Below, one piece after another: positions 1 to 8,340 of a DNA stretch of 33,306 nt. The DNA is taken from the UHGV virus genome UHGV-0200855; one strand, written 5' to 3'. The DNA comes from a virus. Both the position numbers and the translations under genes were made by a program. The notes under the pieces are model-generated. The model was not told where the DNA came from and did no database searches. It saw nothing but the letters and a program-made list of their open reading frames with translations. The first letter of the stretch is position 1. Every line of letters starts with the position of its first letter.

Positions 1-12
1 ATAATTAAGTTA

Positions 13-237
13 TTACGCAGCAACGTATCTGCAATTGACACCTTGAGCGAGCAAACGCGCGCGGAAGGCAACCATATTGATTCGGACAGCGCCACCATCT
101 TTTTTTCGTGGCATAACAAGGAGATCGCCATCTGCAACCATCTGTTTTACGGTGCGAAGGCTGTAACCATAGGCCTGCGCGAACTGTTCATAGGTCATCA
201 GATCGGGGCCGCTTGGTATTGTAATTTGAGGGGTCAT
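13..237 (-). CDS. apl: Apl/Cox-like excisionase and repressor of the lysogenic promoter (winged HTH)
   Basis: 74 aa, MTYEQFAQAYGYSLRTVKQMVADGDL HTH-like. Divergent from cI and first gene of the early operon. GGAG RBS upstream. Confidence 0.8.
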   Translation of the reverse strand: MTPQITIPSGPDLMTYEQFAQAYGYSLRTVKQMVADGDLLVMPRKKDGGAVRINMVAFRARLLAQGVNCRYVAA

Positions 238-247
238 AAGAGATTAT
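219..247 (+). promoter_or_regulatory. Candidate lysogenic promoter pL (TTGTAA-17-GATTAT), face-to-face with pR
   Basis: -35 at 219-224 and -10 at 242-247, a convergent geometry as in 186/P2. An alternative is TTCAAA(283-288)-16-TATGAT(305-310). Confidence 0.4.
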
Positions 248-300
248 CTCCGGTTGTAGTGATTCTGGTGCATTGGCGTGCATTCAAACTAACGAAATGG

Positions 301-329
301 ATAATATGATCCAAATGGATATGTGTAAA
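301..329 (-). promoter_or_regulatory. Early lytic promoter pR (TTTACA-17-TATTAT)
   Basis: Near-consensus sigma70 hexamers on the minus strand pointing at apl, with palindrome ATCCAAATGGAT (309-320) in the spacer. Confidence 0.7.
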
Positions 330-358
330 GTGATCATAACGGATTATTTGAAGGGCTT

Positions 359-1210
359 ATGAGCGATTCCAACAAAGATACGAAGGCTATACTAGAAAGA
401 ATCCTTAGATCTTATGGCGTTAGCTCACGTCCTGAGCTGGCCGAACTCTTGAGAATTCCTTTACCTACAATCCAAAATTGGGTGTCTCGGCAAAGCCTTC
501 CGGGCGATTACATCATCCAGTGCTCCCTGGATACAGGGGCTGACCTTAAATGGTTGATGGAAGGCGAGCTTGCAAATGTAAGTTCAGATGGTGAGAGGCA
601 CCCACGCTTATCAGGTAAGAAGCTTCACGAACACATGCTGGCAAGTGGAGGAAAGACTGTACTCCAGCGCGTTTTGCATGCTTATGGCTTCACAATGCAA
701 AAGCAACTTGGTGAGCTGCTAGATATACCGTCCGCAACCATGAGCGCTTGGGTGCGCAGAGAATACTTTCCTGGTGATGTGGTAATTACTTGCGCTCTTG
801 ATACGGGCGTTTCACTTTCTTGGCTTGCTACCGGCTTAGACGATAACTCGAAAAAAAATAAAAATACTCCTGATTCAAATGAGTTCTCGCTTCCAAAAAG
901 AAGGCTGTCGGGTGGTGTGCTTGATGAATTGGGCTTTGTTAATTTGGATGTTAGCCTTTTCGGACTTAGGTTAATTAAACCGTTTTATCTTGAAAAAGGC
1001 ACCACTTCCTATCTAATTGAAGAAGACGTTATAACAATTGGCAATGGTGACTGGTTGCTTGATATTGATGGTAATAAAGATATTTATACCGTATCAAGAT
1101 TGCCCGGAAACCGTATTAAAGTATCTAGTGATATTTCATCATTCGAATGTTCTGCGAGCGACGTAACACCGATTGGCATCGTTGCGCTCACCATAAAAAA
1201 ATCTATATAG
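359..1210 (+). CDS. cI: 186-type CI immunity repressor with tandem duplicated N-terminal HTH domains
   Basis: Two similar repeats (ILERILRSYG...CSLDTGADLKWL and VLQRVLHAYG...CALDTGVSLSWL) plus a 186-CI-like C-terminal domain (GDWLLDIDG). Located between apl and int. Confidence 0.9.
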   Translation: MSDSNKDTKAILERILRSYGVSSRPELAELLRIPLPTIQNWVSRQSLPGDYIIQCSLDTGADLKWLMEGELANVSSDGERHPRLSGKKLHEHMLASGGKTVLQRVLHAYGFTMQKQLGELLDIPSATMSAWVRREYFPGDVVITCALDTGVSLSWLATGLDDNSKKNKNTPDSNEFSLPKRRLSGGVLDELGFVNLDVSLFGLRLIKPFYLEKGTTSYLIEEDVITIGNGDWLLDIDGNKDIYTVSRLPGNRIKVSSDISSFECSASDVTPIGIVALTIKKSI

Positions 1211-1217
1211 GTGCTGT

Positions 1218-1469
1218 ATGGTTTATTTGTTTTTATTTCCGTTAGCAACTTTATGTGGCTGTTTGGCTGCGCATTATAATTCTAAGGTCGAACATACAAA
1301 AGGTTTCAAAGCTTTCTTTTTCCTATGCCTTTGTGGAGCCGTTCTTGGAACCATTATGCTGTTCAGCTTTCTAGCTCCAATCTGGATTTCATTTGTTTTC
1401 TTGCTGGTATGTATTGCTATCGCTGCAAACAGCATCAGTAATTATCGCAAAACTTTGGCAGGCAAATAG
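1218..1469 (+). CDS. Small hypothetical membrane protein (about 3 hydrophobic segments) in the lysogenic operon
   Basis: 83 aa, AT-rich, very hydrophobic. Starts 7 bp after the cI stop and its stop directly abuts the int ATG. Confidence 0.7.
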   Translation: MVYLFLFPLATLCGCLAAHYNSKVEHTKGFKAFFFLCLCGAVLGTIMLFSFLAPIWISFVFLLVCIAIAANSISNYRKTLAGK

Positions 1470-2501
1470 ATGTCAATAAAGAAGCTACCTAATGGAGAAT
1501 GGCTGGCCGACTTTTATTTAGATGGTCGTGGCAGTCGTCGCATTCGTAAAACCTTTGTAACTAAAGGGGAGGCGGTAGCTTTTGAGGATTACACTCGCGC
1601 TGAGGCAGAAAGCAAGCCGTGGATTAAAGAAAAAGAGGATCGCCGTAAGCTTAGCGAGCTTATAGAGCTTTGGGACTCTCTCCACGGGCAATCACTTAAA
1701 GCAGTTAAATCTCGCAAAGCTAAGCTGGAAATCGTATGCAAGGGCTTAGGAGATCCGATAGCTTCTCAGCTCACCGCGAAAGATTGGGCGCATTACCGCG
1801 ATCAGCGCTTAAAGGGTAAAATTTCTAATGGCTATCACGATGATGAATCTAAGTGGAAAGTAAAGCCCATCACGGTCAACAGAGAGCAAAACTATCTGTC
1901 GGCGGTATTCAATGAACTAAAGCGGCTTGGGGAATGGAATTTGCCCAATCCCCTCGATGGTGTCAGAACGTTTCGGGAAGATGAAAAGGAAATGTCCTGG
2001 CTGACCTTAAGGCAGATCACTGAGCTGCTGGACGGCTGCGAGCGCTACGGCAAGCCTGATTTAACTATGATATGCAAAGTTTGCCTGGCTACCGGCGCGC
2101 GCTGGACTGAAGCTGAAACCTTGGCCCGCTCTCAGCTCTCACCTAACAAACTGTCATTCTTCAAAACTAAAGGCGGGAAAAACCGAACGGTTCCGATCCC
2201 GCAGTGGCTTTATGATGAGCTGAAGGAACGGCAGGGCAGAATGTTTAAGCCATGCTATCAGGACTTCAAGAAGATGTTGGCTACCACAACAATTCAGCTT
2301 ATAGAGGGTCAGAAAACCCACGTTCTGCGCCACACGTTTGCCAGCCACTTTATGATGAATGGGGGAAATATTCTGGTGCTGCAAAGAATACTCGGTCACG
2401 CGAATATCCGTGAAACCATGAAGTATGCCCACTTTGCTCCTGACCATTTAGAAGAAGCAGCAGCGCTTAACCCTCTGGCCAGTTTGGTGTCCACAAACTG
2501 A
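1470..2501 (+). CDS. int: Tyrosine integrase (P2/186/HP1 family)
   Basis: TGARWTE (R), KTKGGK (K), HVLRHTFASH (HxxR), LGH and TMKYAH (catalytic Y) motifs. Confidence 0.97.
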   Translation: MSIKKLPNGEWLADFYLDGRGSRRIRKTFVTKGEAVAFEDYTRAEAESKPWIKEKEDRRKLSELIELWDSLHGQSLKAVKSRKAKLEIVCKGLGDPIASQLTAKDWAHYRDQRLKGKISNGYHDDESKWKVKPITVNREQNYLSAVFNELKRLGEWNLPNPLDGVRTFREDEKEMSWLTLRQITELLDGCERYGKPDLTMICKVCLATGARWTEAETLARSQLSPNKLSFFKTKGGKNRTVPIPQWLYDELKERQGRMFKPCYQDFKKMLATTTIQLIEGQKTHVLRHTFASHFMMNGGNILVLQRILGHANIRETMKYAHFAPDHLEEAAALNPLASLVSTN

Positions 2502-2709
2502 CTACCCAGCATGAACGCCGCCGCATTTGGTTGCACCAGATATAGGCCTAACTAACTGTTTTATAAATAAAATGCTTATGTATCAATGGTGTCGAGAAAA
2601 AGCGTCTTAACTAAGGTATCGCTAACGCGACATCTAAAAGTTAATAGCAAACAAGGGGTTGGCGTGATGCCAGCCCCTTTTTTTATGCTCTTGTCCACGG
2701 ATTGGCTAC
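2488..2709. other. attP region with paired Int arm-type sites and an IHF-like site
   Basis: Direct-repeat pairs TGTCCACa..TGACTAC (2488-2505) and TGTCCACg..TGGCTAC (2692-2709) resemble the P2 arm site TGTGGACA in reverse complement. IHF-like TAACTGTTTTATA at 2553-2565 has 1 mismatch. The exact core cannot be determined. Confidence 0.75.
2653..2684 (+). terminator. Rho-independent terminator inside attP
   Basis: AAGGGGTTGGC-GTGAT-GCCAGCCCCTT followed by a T-run. Confidence 0.8.
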
Positions 2710-2741
2710 GCAGATTTACTTTGTGGTCAGATGTAGGCAAT

Positions 2742-2763
2742 AAAAAACCCGCCGAAGCGGGTT
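2742..2763 (-). terminator. Rho-independent terminator after ogr/B
   Basis: AACCCGC-CGAA-GCGGGTT hairpin with a T-run on the minus strand right after the stop codon. Confidence 0.85.
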
Positions 2764-2992
2764 ATAGCCAGAGGTTGCCTTGTGAGGCTTTAGCTGTTGC
2801 TCGTGAAGGATGGGGCGGGGCGGGGTTCACTCTGCCCGGACACATAATGATGTCCGTCACCGTCTCAAGGGATTTGAAGGTGCAGCCGCAGTTAATGTTC
2901 TGGCACTGGTTGTATCTTTCCTTTGTGTTTTCGGAAAGCTGGACGCTGCTACGGGTATGAGCGGCGTGTAAGCACATCGGGCAGTTCATCAT
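2762..2992 (-). CDS. ogr: Ogr/Delta/B-family zinc-finger late transcription activator
   Basis: CPMC...RYNQCQNINCGCTF C4 zinc finger, located after gene D. Confidence 0.93.
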   Translation of the reverse strand: MMNCPMCLHAAHTRSSVQLSENTKERYNQCQNINCGCTFKSLETVTDIIMCPGRVNPAPPHPSRATAKASQGNLWL

Positions 2993-3062
2993 TTCGGATT
3001 CGTCCTGTAGCGTTTTTTTGCGAATGTTAACCTAAAATAATCCATATGGGTAATTTATTTTG

Positions 3063-4160
3063 CTATTGCATGCTTGAGTCGTCGATTTTCACTTCTAAAT
3101 CCAAGCTCGTCGTATAGCCACTGTCCGCGCTGAGGCTGTGCGTAAGCGTCGTTACAATCCATTCGCCCGCGTCTATCTGCTGCTTGAAGCCGCTCACCTT
3201 TACCGGCATTTCGGTGTAGAGATCTGCCCGGCCGCGAGCCAGCTGTATAGAAAACGACGCAACCCCGCGCTGCAGGCGCTCCCAACGCATTTTGGCCGCG
3301 CGCTCTGCATTGGCCCGGTTTGCATAGGTACGGCTCAGCACCAGGACGTTTTCATCCGTTCCGATCAGGTAATCGCCCTGTTTGGCTTCTGGCTCCTTCT
3401 TCTTTGTCGTCTTTTTCCGCCTGCGCTTTACTTTCGCCACCGGTTTTTTTGTCGGTTCGCGGGTATGCAGCCAGCTGGCAATCACGCCGGTGTAGGCGTC
3501 GCGGTCAGCCATGGTAAAGCGGTGGCTGTCGCCGTCCTTGCGTTGAATGGTGATCACCGGCAGCGCCTTACCGCTGGCCGTTTTTCCCTGCCCCTGACGT
3601 ATGAACAGCAGATTGCCGTTTTTGATAGAGGCTATCGCACCTGACTGTTTCGCCAGGCGCATCAGAAAGCTGGCGTCTGACTCGTTGGTCTGGTCAAGGT
3701 GATCTACGGCCATCTTCGCCACATCATCACCCAGGGCGATCTTCAGCTTGTGGCGGCCTGCAATGTCTTTCACGATGTCGCCCACGGTTGTCTGGTGCCA
3801 TGATTTTTCACGCTTAGTATTGAGCGTCTGCCTGAAGTCGGCGCTGCGGGCGCGCAGGGTCAGCCGGTCAGGCGTGCCGGAGTGCTCAATCTCATCCACG
3901 ATAAAGGTGCCTTTCGGAAAAAGCGCCTCACCCTGCCAGCCGAGCGCGAGCGACAGAGAGACGCCCCGGCGAGGCAGCAGCAGCTGGCAGTCTGCATCGT
4001 CCAGCTCGATGTCCAGCTGGTCAGCCTCAAACCCCCGGTTATCCGTGAGCGTCAGGCTCATAAGCCGCTTTTCAATCTTCTGCGTGATGTCTGCGCCCTC
4101 AAGCGTCAGCCTGAAAGAAGGGGAATTTGCCTGCCCGTTTATCCATTGTGTGGCGTTCAT
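3063..4160 (-). CDS. D: Tail/baseplate hub protein gpD (late control D family)
   Basis: LTDNRGFEADQLDIELDD and DQTNESDASFLMRLA motifs, synteny. Confidence 0.92.
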   Translation of the reverse strand: MNATQWINGQANSPSFRLTLEGADITQKIEKRLMSLTLTDNRGFEADQLDIELDDADCQLLLPRRGVSLSLALGWQGEALFPKGTFIVDEIEHSGTPDRLTLRARSADFRQTLNTKREKSWHQTTVGDIVKDIAGRHKLKIALGDDVAKMAVDHLDQTNESDASFLMRLAKQSGAIASIKNGNLLFIRQGQGKTASGKALPVITIQRKDGDSHRFTMADRDAYTGVIASWLHTREPTKKPVAKVKRRRKKTTKKKEPEAKQGDYLIGTDENVLVLSRTYANRANAERAAKMRWERLQRGVASFSIQLARGRADLYTEMPVKVSGFKQQIDAGEWIVTTLTHSLSADSGYTTSLDLEVKIDDSSMQ

Positions 4161-4642
4161 GAAAGCAGCCCTCCCATCATGCTGGTAACTTTACCCGCGG
4201 CGTCCGTCGCCGCGTCCTTCATGGCTGAGAGCTGATCGCTCAGACTGCCAAACATTTCGCCCAGCGTTTCGTCGGTGCGCTTCAGGGTGAGCGTGAAATC
4301 AATGCGCCGGCAGACGCCACTACTGAAAAACTCCGCTTTGGTCTGGCTCAGGCTCTCGATCACAAACATGCCGTAAATGGTGCCGCTTCCTTCTATCAGC
4401 GGCCACGCGCGCCCCAGCTCGGCTATCTGCTCCAGCGCCAGCAGTGATAGCCTGCCGCCGGTAATTTCCGGCAGCAGAACGCCCGAAAGCGTCAGCGTTT
4501 CATTATCCGGCCCCAGAAACTGGAGGGACGAGCGCACGCCAACGCGGCTGTTTGACGGAAACCGCCAGCTGCGCTGGATCTGCAGTTCCTGATAAGGGAC
4601 CGTCTGCAGCATGAAAACGAACATCCCCAGCGTCATCATCAT
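4157..4642 (-). CDS. U: Tail protein gpU
   Basis: MMMTLGMFVF...QFLGPDNETLTLSGVLLPEITGG, between T and D. Confidence 0.9.
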   Translation of the reverse strand: MMMTLGMFVFMLQTVPYQELQIQRSWRFPSNSRVGVRSSLQFLGPDNETLTLSGVLLPEITGGRLSLLALEQIAELGRAWPLIEGSGTIYGMFVIESLSQTKAEFFSSGVCRRIDFTLTLKRTDETLGEMFGSLSDQLSAMKDAATDAAGKVTSMMGGLLS

Positions 4643-7326
4643 TATTCAAGTCCTTCTCTGTCGTGGTAACTGCTACGGGCGCGGGCCTTCGCCTGTCGCT
4701 CTTTTGCCTCAAGCCTGCGCATAACCTCGTCCGCTACGTCCTGCGCGCTCTGCCCTGGCTGCTGCATGATGGTGATAGGGGCATGAATGGTCACGGGCGA
4801 TACACTGCCGACCGGTTGCGGTCGTGCCGCTTCCTGCCGGTATGCCTGCGCGGGCTGGCTCATCGGATGTAGCGGACGCGCAGCCGCTGGCGTTGCAGCC
4901 ATGCCCATCGCCAGCGTGGCAGAGGCGGCCAGCGCGGCAGTGCGGCGGCGGCTGGTTATGTTGGCCGGGCCGTTCACAATTTCCGGCCCGTTTTCCCCGA
5001 CGATGCCGAACTGCCCGGACGGAATATGCCCGCCGGTGTCGTACATTCTCGGAAAAGCCGGGAAGCCGCCCGGCGGCAGCGCCACTTTCCCGTCTGCCGT
5101 GACCTGCGCCGGGCGTGGTCGTGCTGCCTGCGCCGGTGCGCCTGGCTTGTCGTTGCCGGGCTTTAGAAAGTCCGGCAGGTAATCAGTCAGCGAGGACAGC
5201 TTTCTTTTGAGCGCATCCCATTTCTGGCTGATGCCTGCCAGCAGGCCATCAATCATCTGCGAGCCAGCTTCCTGAAAGCGCGCGGGCAGCGCCTTCACGT
5301 CGGCCACGATTTCCTCCCATTTGGTGCTGATGTAGGTGCGGATGGCCGTCCATACATTGCTGACTTTGGAGCTGATGCCGTCCCACAAAGCGGCAAATTT
5401 CGGCCCCAGCGTGTCCCAGTTCTGCCAGATATATATGGCAGCCATAGCAATCAGCCCGACCACGGCCAGAATGGGGTTCGCCATCATCAGCCGCCCCAGC
5501 CACAGCACGCTGTTACCGACTACGCCAATTGCCTTGCGCATAAGCCCAAATGAAGTAAATGCCTGAAGACCAACTCTGTTCATAACCATACGCATTACCA
5601 GCATTGGTCCTAAGATGGCCGCCAGCGCAAGCAATATGCTCCCTATAGCTACTGTCGCTATGGCAAAACCAGCCGCCATCTTGAACAAGGCCGCCGTCAG
5701 TTGTGGGTGCTGTTTCACAAAGCTGCCGAGCGCGCTGGCAAGATTGCCCAGCCAGTCGGCCAGCTGTTTAAGCACTGGCGCGACCGTCTCACCAATTGCA
5801 GCCATTGCATTAGTAAACGAGCCGCTCGCCGCATCCCAGCGGTTTGACAACGTCTTTAACGAGGCGTCAACGCGCTCGCGCAGGGTCGCCTGGTTGTCGA
5901 GTTTCGCAGCAGTTTCCCGATAACCCTCAATCCCCTTGCTGATCATGATGTTCAGCGCCTGCAGAGTTTCAGCGTCATCACCAAACAGCGTATTTAAAAC
6001 GGACTGGCGCTTGCTGTCGCTGGTGATTTTTTTCAGCTTCGCAAGCTGCGCATACAAATTTTCCAGCCCGGCAAACTGCCCCTTTTTGTTCTGGAAATTC
6101 AGCTTTATCCCTGTACCAGCCAATACATCATTCGCGTCACCAATTTTTTTATTATTGAGCGTTGCCTGAAAAATCTTGCGGTAGGCGTTGCCCGCCGACT
6201 CGCCGGACATACTGGCCTGATCGGCCATAACCAGCAGTGGCGCAAAGGTTTTCGCAGCAGTGAGCCCTTTCTGGTGAATGATGTCCATGGCGCTGCCGAT
6301 TTTGGAGAATCCCTGCAGCATGTTTCCCGAATCCACGCCCGCATAAAATCCCTTCTGAATGATGTCGGTGAGCGCCATCATGTCCTTTTCGCTGGTCTGC
6401 GTGGCGTCCTGTAGCTTTGCCGCAAACTCCGCCGCGTCGGTCGGGGCCATCTGCAGCTGCACGCCGAGATAGGCCGTAGCCTCACCCAGCCCGCCAAGGA
6501 TCGCCTGCGCGCTCATGCCCTGGCGGCGAAGCATGGTCATCATGTTCTGAAAGTCCGCCGTGGTGCCGGGCAGCTTGTCGCCCAGGCTCACTGCCAGCCT
6601 GTTGATTTTTTCATACTCCGGCAGCACCTTAGCGCCCGGCCCCATCATGGAGGCGGCCAGCTGCGTCGCGGCGTTCTCCGAATCCGCATAGGCGCGCACC
6701 GGGGCCATCAGGGTCGCGCCGGTAGCAACGCCGGTTGCCACCATGCCCGCGCCGTTACCGGCCAGCTTATTGCGCGTATCAGTCAGCTTTTCATGCCGAG
6801 CCTGGATGTCGCGTATCTTCTGCTGGCGCTCGCCGAGCTTGCGCAGCTCTGCCTGCTGGCGCTCGATGGCCCCGGTTGCCGCCTGCGCGTCCGTTTTTAG
6901 CCGGCGCTGCGCCTCGCTCAGCTGTTTTGTGTCAATGCCCGCCGCGTTCAGCGCCTCACGCTGGCGCTGCACCGACAGGCGCAGGCCGTTGTATGTCTGC
7001 TGCAGCTGGCTGGCGCGGTTCTTTGCCTGCTCAAGCAGTCTGGCCTGCTGCGCGGTGGGCCTGTTCGTTTCGGTAAACTGCACGGCAAGGCGCGCCGCTT
7101 CCTCGCGGGCGGCCTTCAGGTTGTTGGCGGTAACGGCAAGCTGTGAGCGGGTTTTGCGGAATCCGTCAATGCGGCCCGCCTGCTCGTTAAGGGATTTCAG
7201 GCCGTCTTTGCTGGCCTTCAGCGCGGCCGACAGCTCCTTAGATCCGTCGCGCGCGCTGCGAAAGGGGCGCGTAATTTTATCAACCGCGCTTAATACCACC
7301 TGCAGCCGCAGGTTTGTGTCACTCAT
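4642..7326 (-). CDS. T: Tail tape measure protein gpT (about 894 aa)
   Basis: Ala-rich coiled-coil N-terminus (LQVVLSAVDKITRP), hydrophobic stretch and Trp-spaced repeats. Start moved to the ATG at 7326 (MSDTNL), which overlaps the E' stop. Confidence 0.92.
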   Translation of the reverse strand: MSDTNLRLQVVLSAVDKITRPFRSARDGSKELSAALKASKDGLKSLNEQAGRIDGFRKTRSQLAVTANNLKAAREEAARLAVQFTETNRPTAQQARLLEQAKNRASQLQQTYNGLRLSVQRQREALNAAGIDTKQLSEAQRRLKTDAQAATGAIERQQAELRKLGERQQKIRDIQARHEKLTDTRNKLAGNGAGMVATGVATGATLMAPVRAYADSENAATQLAASMMGPGAKVLPEYEKINRLAVSLGDKLPGTTADFQNMMTMLRRQGMSAQAILGGLGEATAYLGVQLQMAPTDAAEFAAKLQDATQTSEKDMMALTDIIQKGFYAGVDSGNMLQGFSKIGSAMDIIHQKGLTAAKTFAPLLVMADQASMSGESAGNAYRKIFQATLNNKKIGDANDVLAGTGIKLNFQNKKGQFAGLENLYAQLAKLKKITSDSKRQSVLNTLFGDDAETLQALNIMISKGIEGYRETAAKLDNQATLRERVDASLKTLSNRWDAASGSFTNAMAAIGETVAPVLKQLADWLGNLASALGSFVKQHPQLTAALFKMAAGFAIATVAIGSILLALAAILGPMLVMRMVMNRVGLQAFTSFGLMRKAIGVVGNSVLWLGRLMMANPILAVVGLIAMAAIYIWQNWDTLGPKFAALWDGISSKVSNVWTAIRTYISTKWEEIVADVKALPARFQEAGSQMIDGLLAGISQKWDALKRKLSSLTDYLPDFLKPGNDKPGAPAQAARPRPAQVTADGKVALPPGGFPAFPRMYDTGGHIPSGQFGIVGENGPEIVNGPANITSRRRTAALAASATLAMGMAATPAAARPLHPMSQPAQAYRQEAARPQPVGSVSPVTIHAPITIMQQPGQSAQDVADEVMRRLEAKERQAKARARSSYHDREGLE

Positions 7327-7758
7327 CGTCACCGGCTCCGCTACGCTGCATCGCTTTATGCCGCCACTCAAGCACGTCCGTCAGAGACTCCGCGTACATC
7401 ACCGGCGGCGGCCAGTGAAAAACGGTAGCGATGTCCGCTACTAGATCTTCTACCGTCAGGCTGTCGGGAAAGCTGACAGCGCCGACTTCGGCAACAAAAA
7501 AGTGATCACCTCGACCGACAGGGACAGCAGATCGGCGGGGTCCATTTCGTTAATTTCCTGCACGGTCAGTGCCGGGTTCGTGACGCGCGGCAGCACGGCC
7601 ATCATCGCGTTCACGTCCATGTCCATCAGCGCCTGCAGGCGGATGCCGCGCAGCGCCCCGGCCTGCGGCTTGCGCACCGTCACGCTGGTAACTTCGGTTT
7701 TGCCGCGCAGGATGGGGGTGTCCAGCTCAACAGCTTTTTCGGTAGTTTTGTCGTTCAT
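7319..7758 (-). CDS. E+E': gpE+E' tail assembly chaperone made by -1 programmed frameshift
   Basis: Slippery T TTT TTG at 7495-7501 (minus). The -1 frame reads VAEVGAVSFPDSLTVEDLVADIATVFHWPPPVMYAESLTDVLEWRHKAMQRSGAGDDE* to TGA at 7319-7321. Confidence 0.85.
7456..7758 (-). CDS. E: Tail assembly chaperone gpE
   Basis: LDTPILRG...RKPQAGALRG...LPRVT motifs, follows FII. Confidence 0.9.
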   Translation of the reverse strand: MNDKTTEKAVELDTPILRGKTEVTSVTVRKPQAGALRGIRLQALMDMDVNAMMAVLPRVTNPALTVQEINEMDPADLLSLSVEVITFLLPKSALSAFPTA

Positions 7759-7786
7759 GGTTATTTTCCGTTTATACGTTTCAGAG

Positions 7787-7806
7787 CGGCAGGGCTGCCC
7801 CTGCCG
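7787..7806. other. Hairpin between FII and E (possible attenuator or mRNA-stability element)
   Basis: CGGCAGGG-CTGC-CCCTGCCG perfect 8-bp stem with no clear U-tract. Confidence 0.5.
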
Positions 7807-7812
7807 GGTTTA

Positions 7813-8328
7813 TCAGAGGCCGAGCGCGTTACGGTGCGCTTCCATCAGGTCGGTGCCGTCCACGATGTGGATCATGTTCACGAGGTCAATCTCGTAAACC
7901 ATTTCCCCGTTAATGGTCAGTTTGGCGTAGCTGTTAGTCGCGGATACCTTGGTGGTGCTTGAATCGCCGGTTTTCCACTCGCCGGAATCCAGCTCTTTGT
8001 AGCGGCCGCGCGTGACCAGTTCGACCGCCTGCACTTCGCCGGTGTCGTCGCGCTGGATAGAGCCGGTAAAGCGCAGCTGCACGCCGTCCACGGTGGCGGT
8101 GCCCAGCTGCTTGAACAGCAGCGCCTCGGTGCCGCCTACAGTGAATTCCGTATCCAGCGCGCCGTCGTCCAGGCCCATGTCGATGTCTACTGCACCGGCC
8201 ATGCCGCCGCCGCGGTACTTCTCAAACTTGCGGGTGACTTTCGGCAGCGTGATGGACTCAACCAGCCCCTGCCAGTTGTTGCCTGCGTTAAACACATTCA
8301 GGTGCTTGAGCTTGCGGGGTAATGCCAT
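7813..8328 (-). CDS. FII: Major tail tube protein FII
   Basis: MALPRKLK...YRGGGMAG...AVELVTRGR motifs. Confidence 0.95.
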   Translation of the reverse strand: MALPRKLKHLNVFNAGNNWQGLVESITLPKVTRKFEKYRGGGMAGAVDIDMGLDDGALDTEFTVGGTEALLFKQLGTATVDGVQLRFTGSIQRDDTGEVQAVELVTRGRYKELDSGEWKTGDSSTTKVSATNSYAKLTINGEMVYEIDLVNMIHIVDGTDLMEAHRNALGL

Positions 8329-8340
8329 GTTTCAGTCTCC

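Noticed and set aside
2502..2760. tRNA or tmRNA fragment as att core
   Set aside because: No TTCRA T-loop or CCA-type 3' end is visible.
2586..2960. 124-aa ORF across attP and ogr
   Set aside because: It crosses two terminators and the att region and overlaps ogr antisense.
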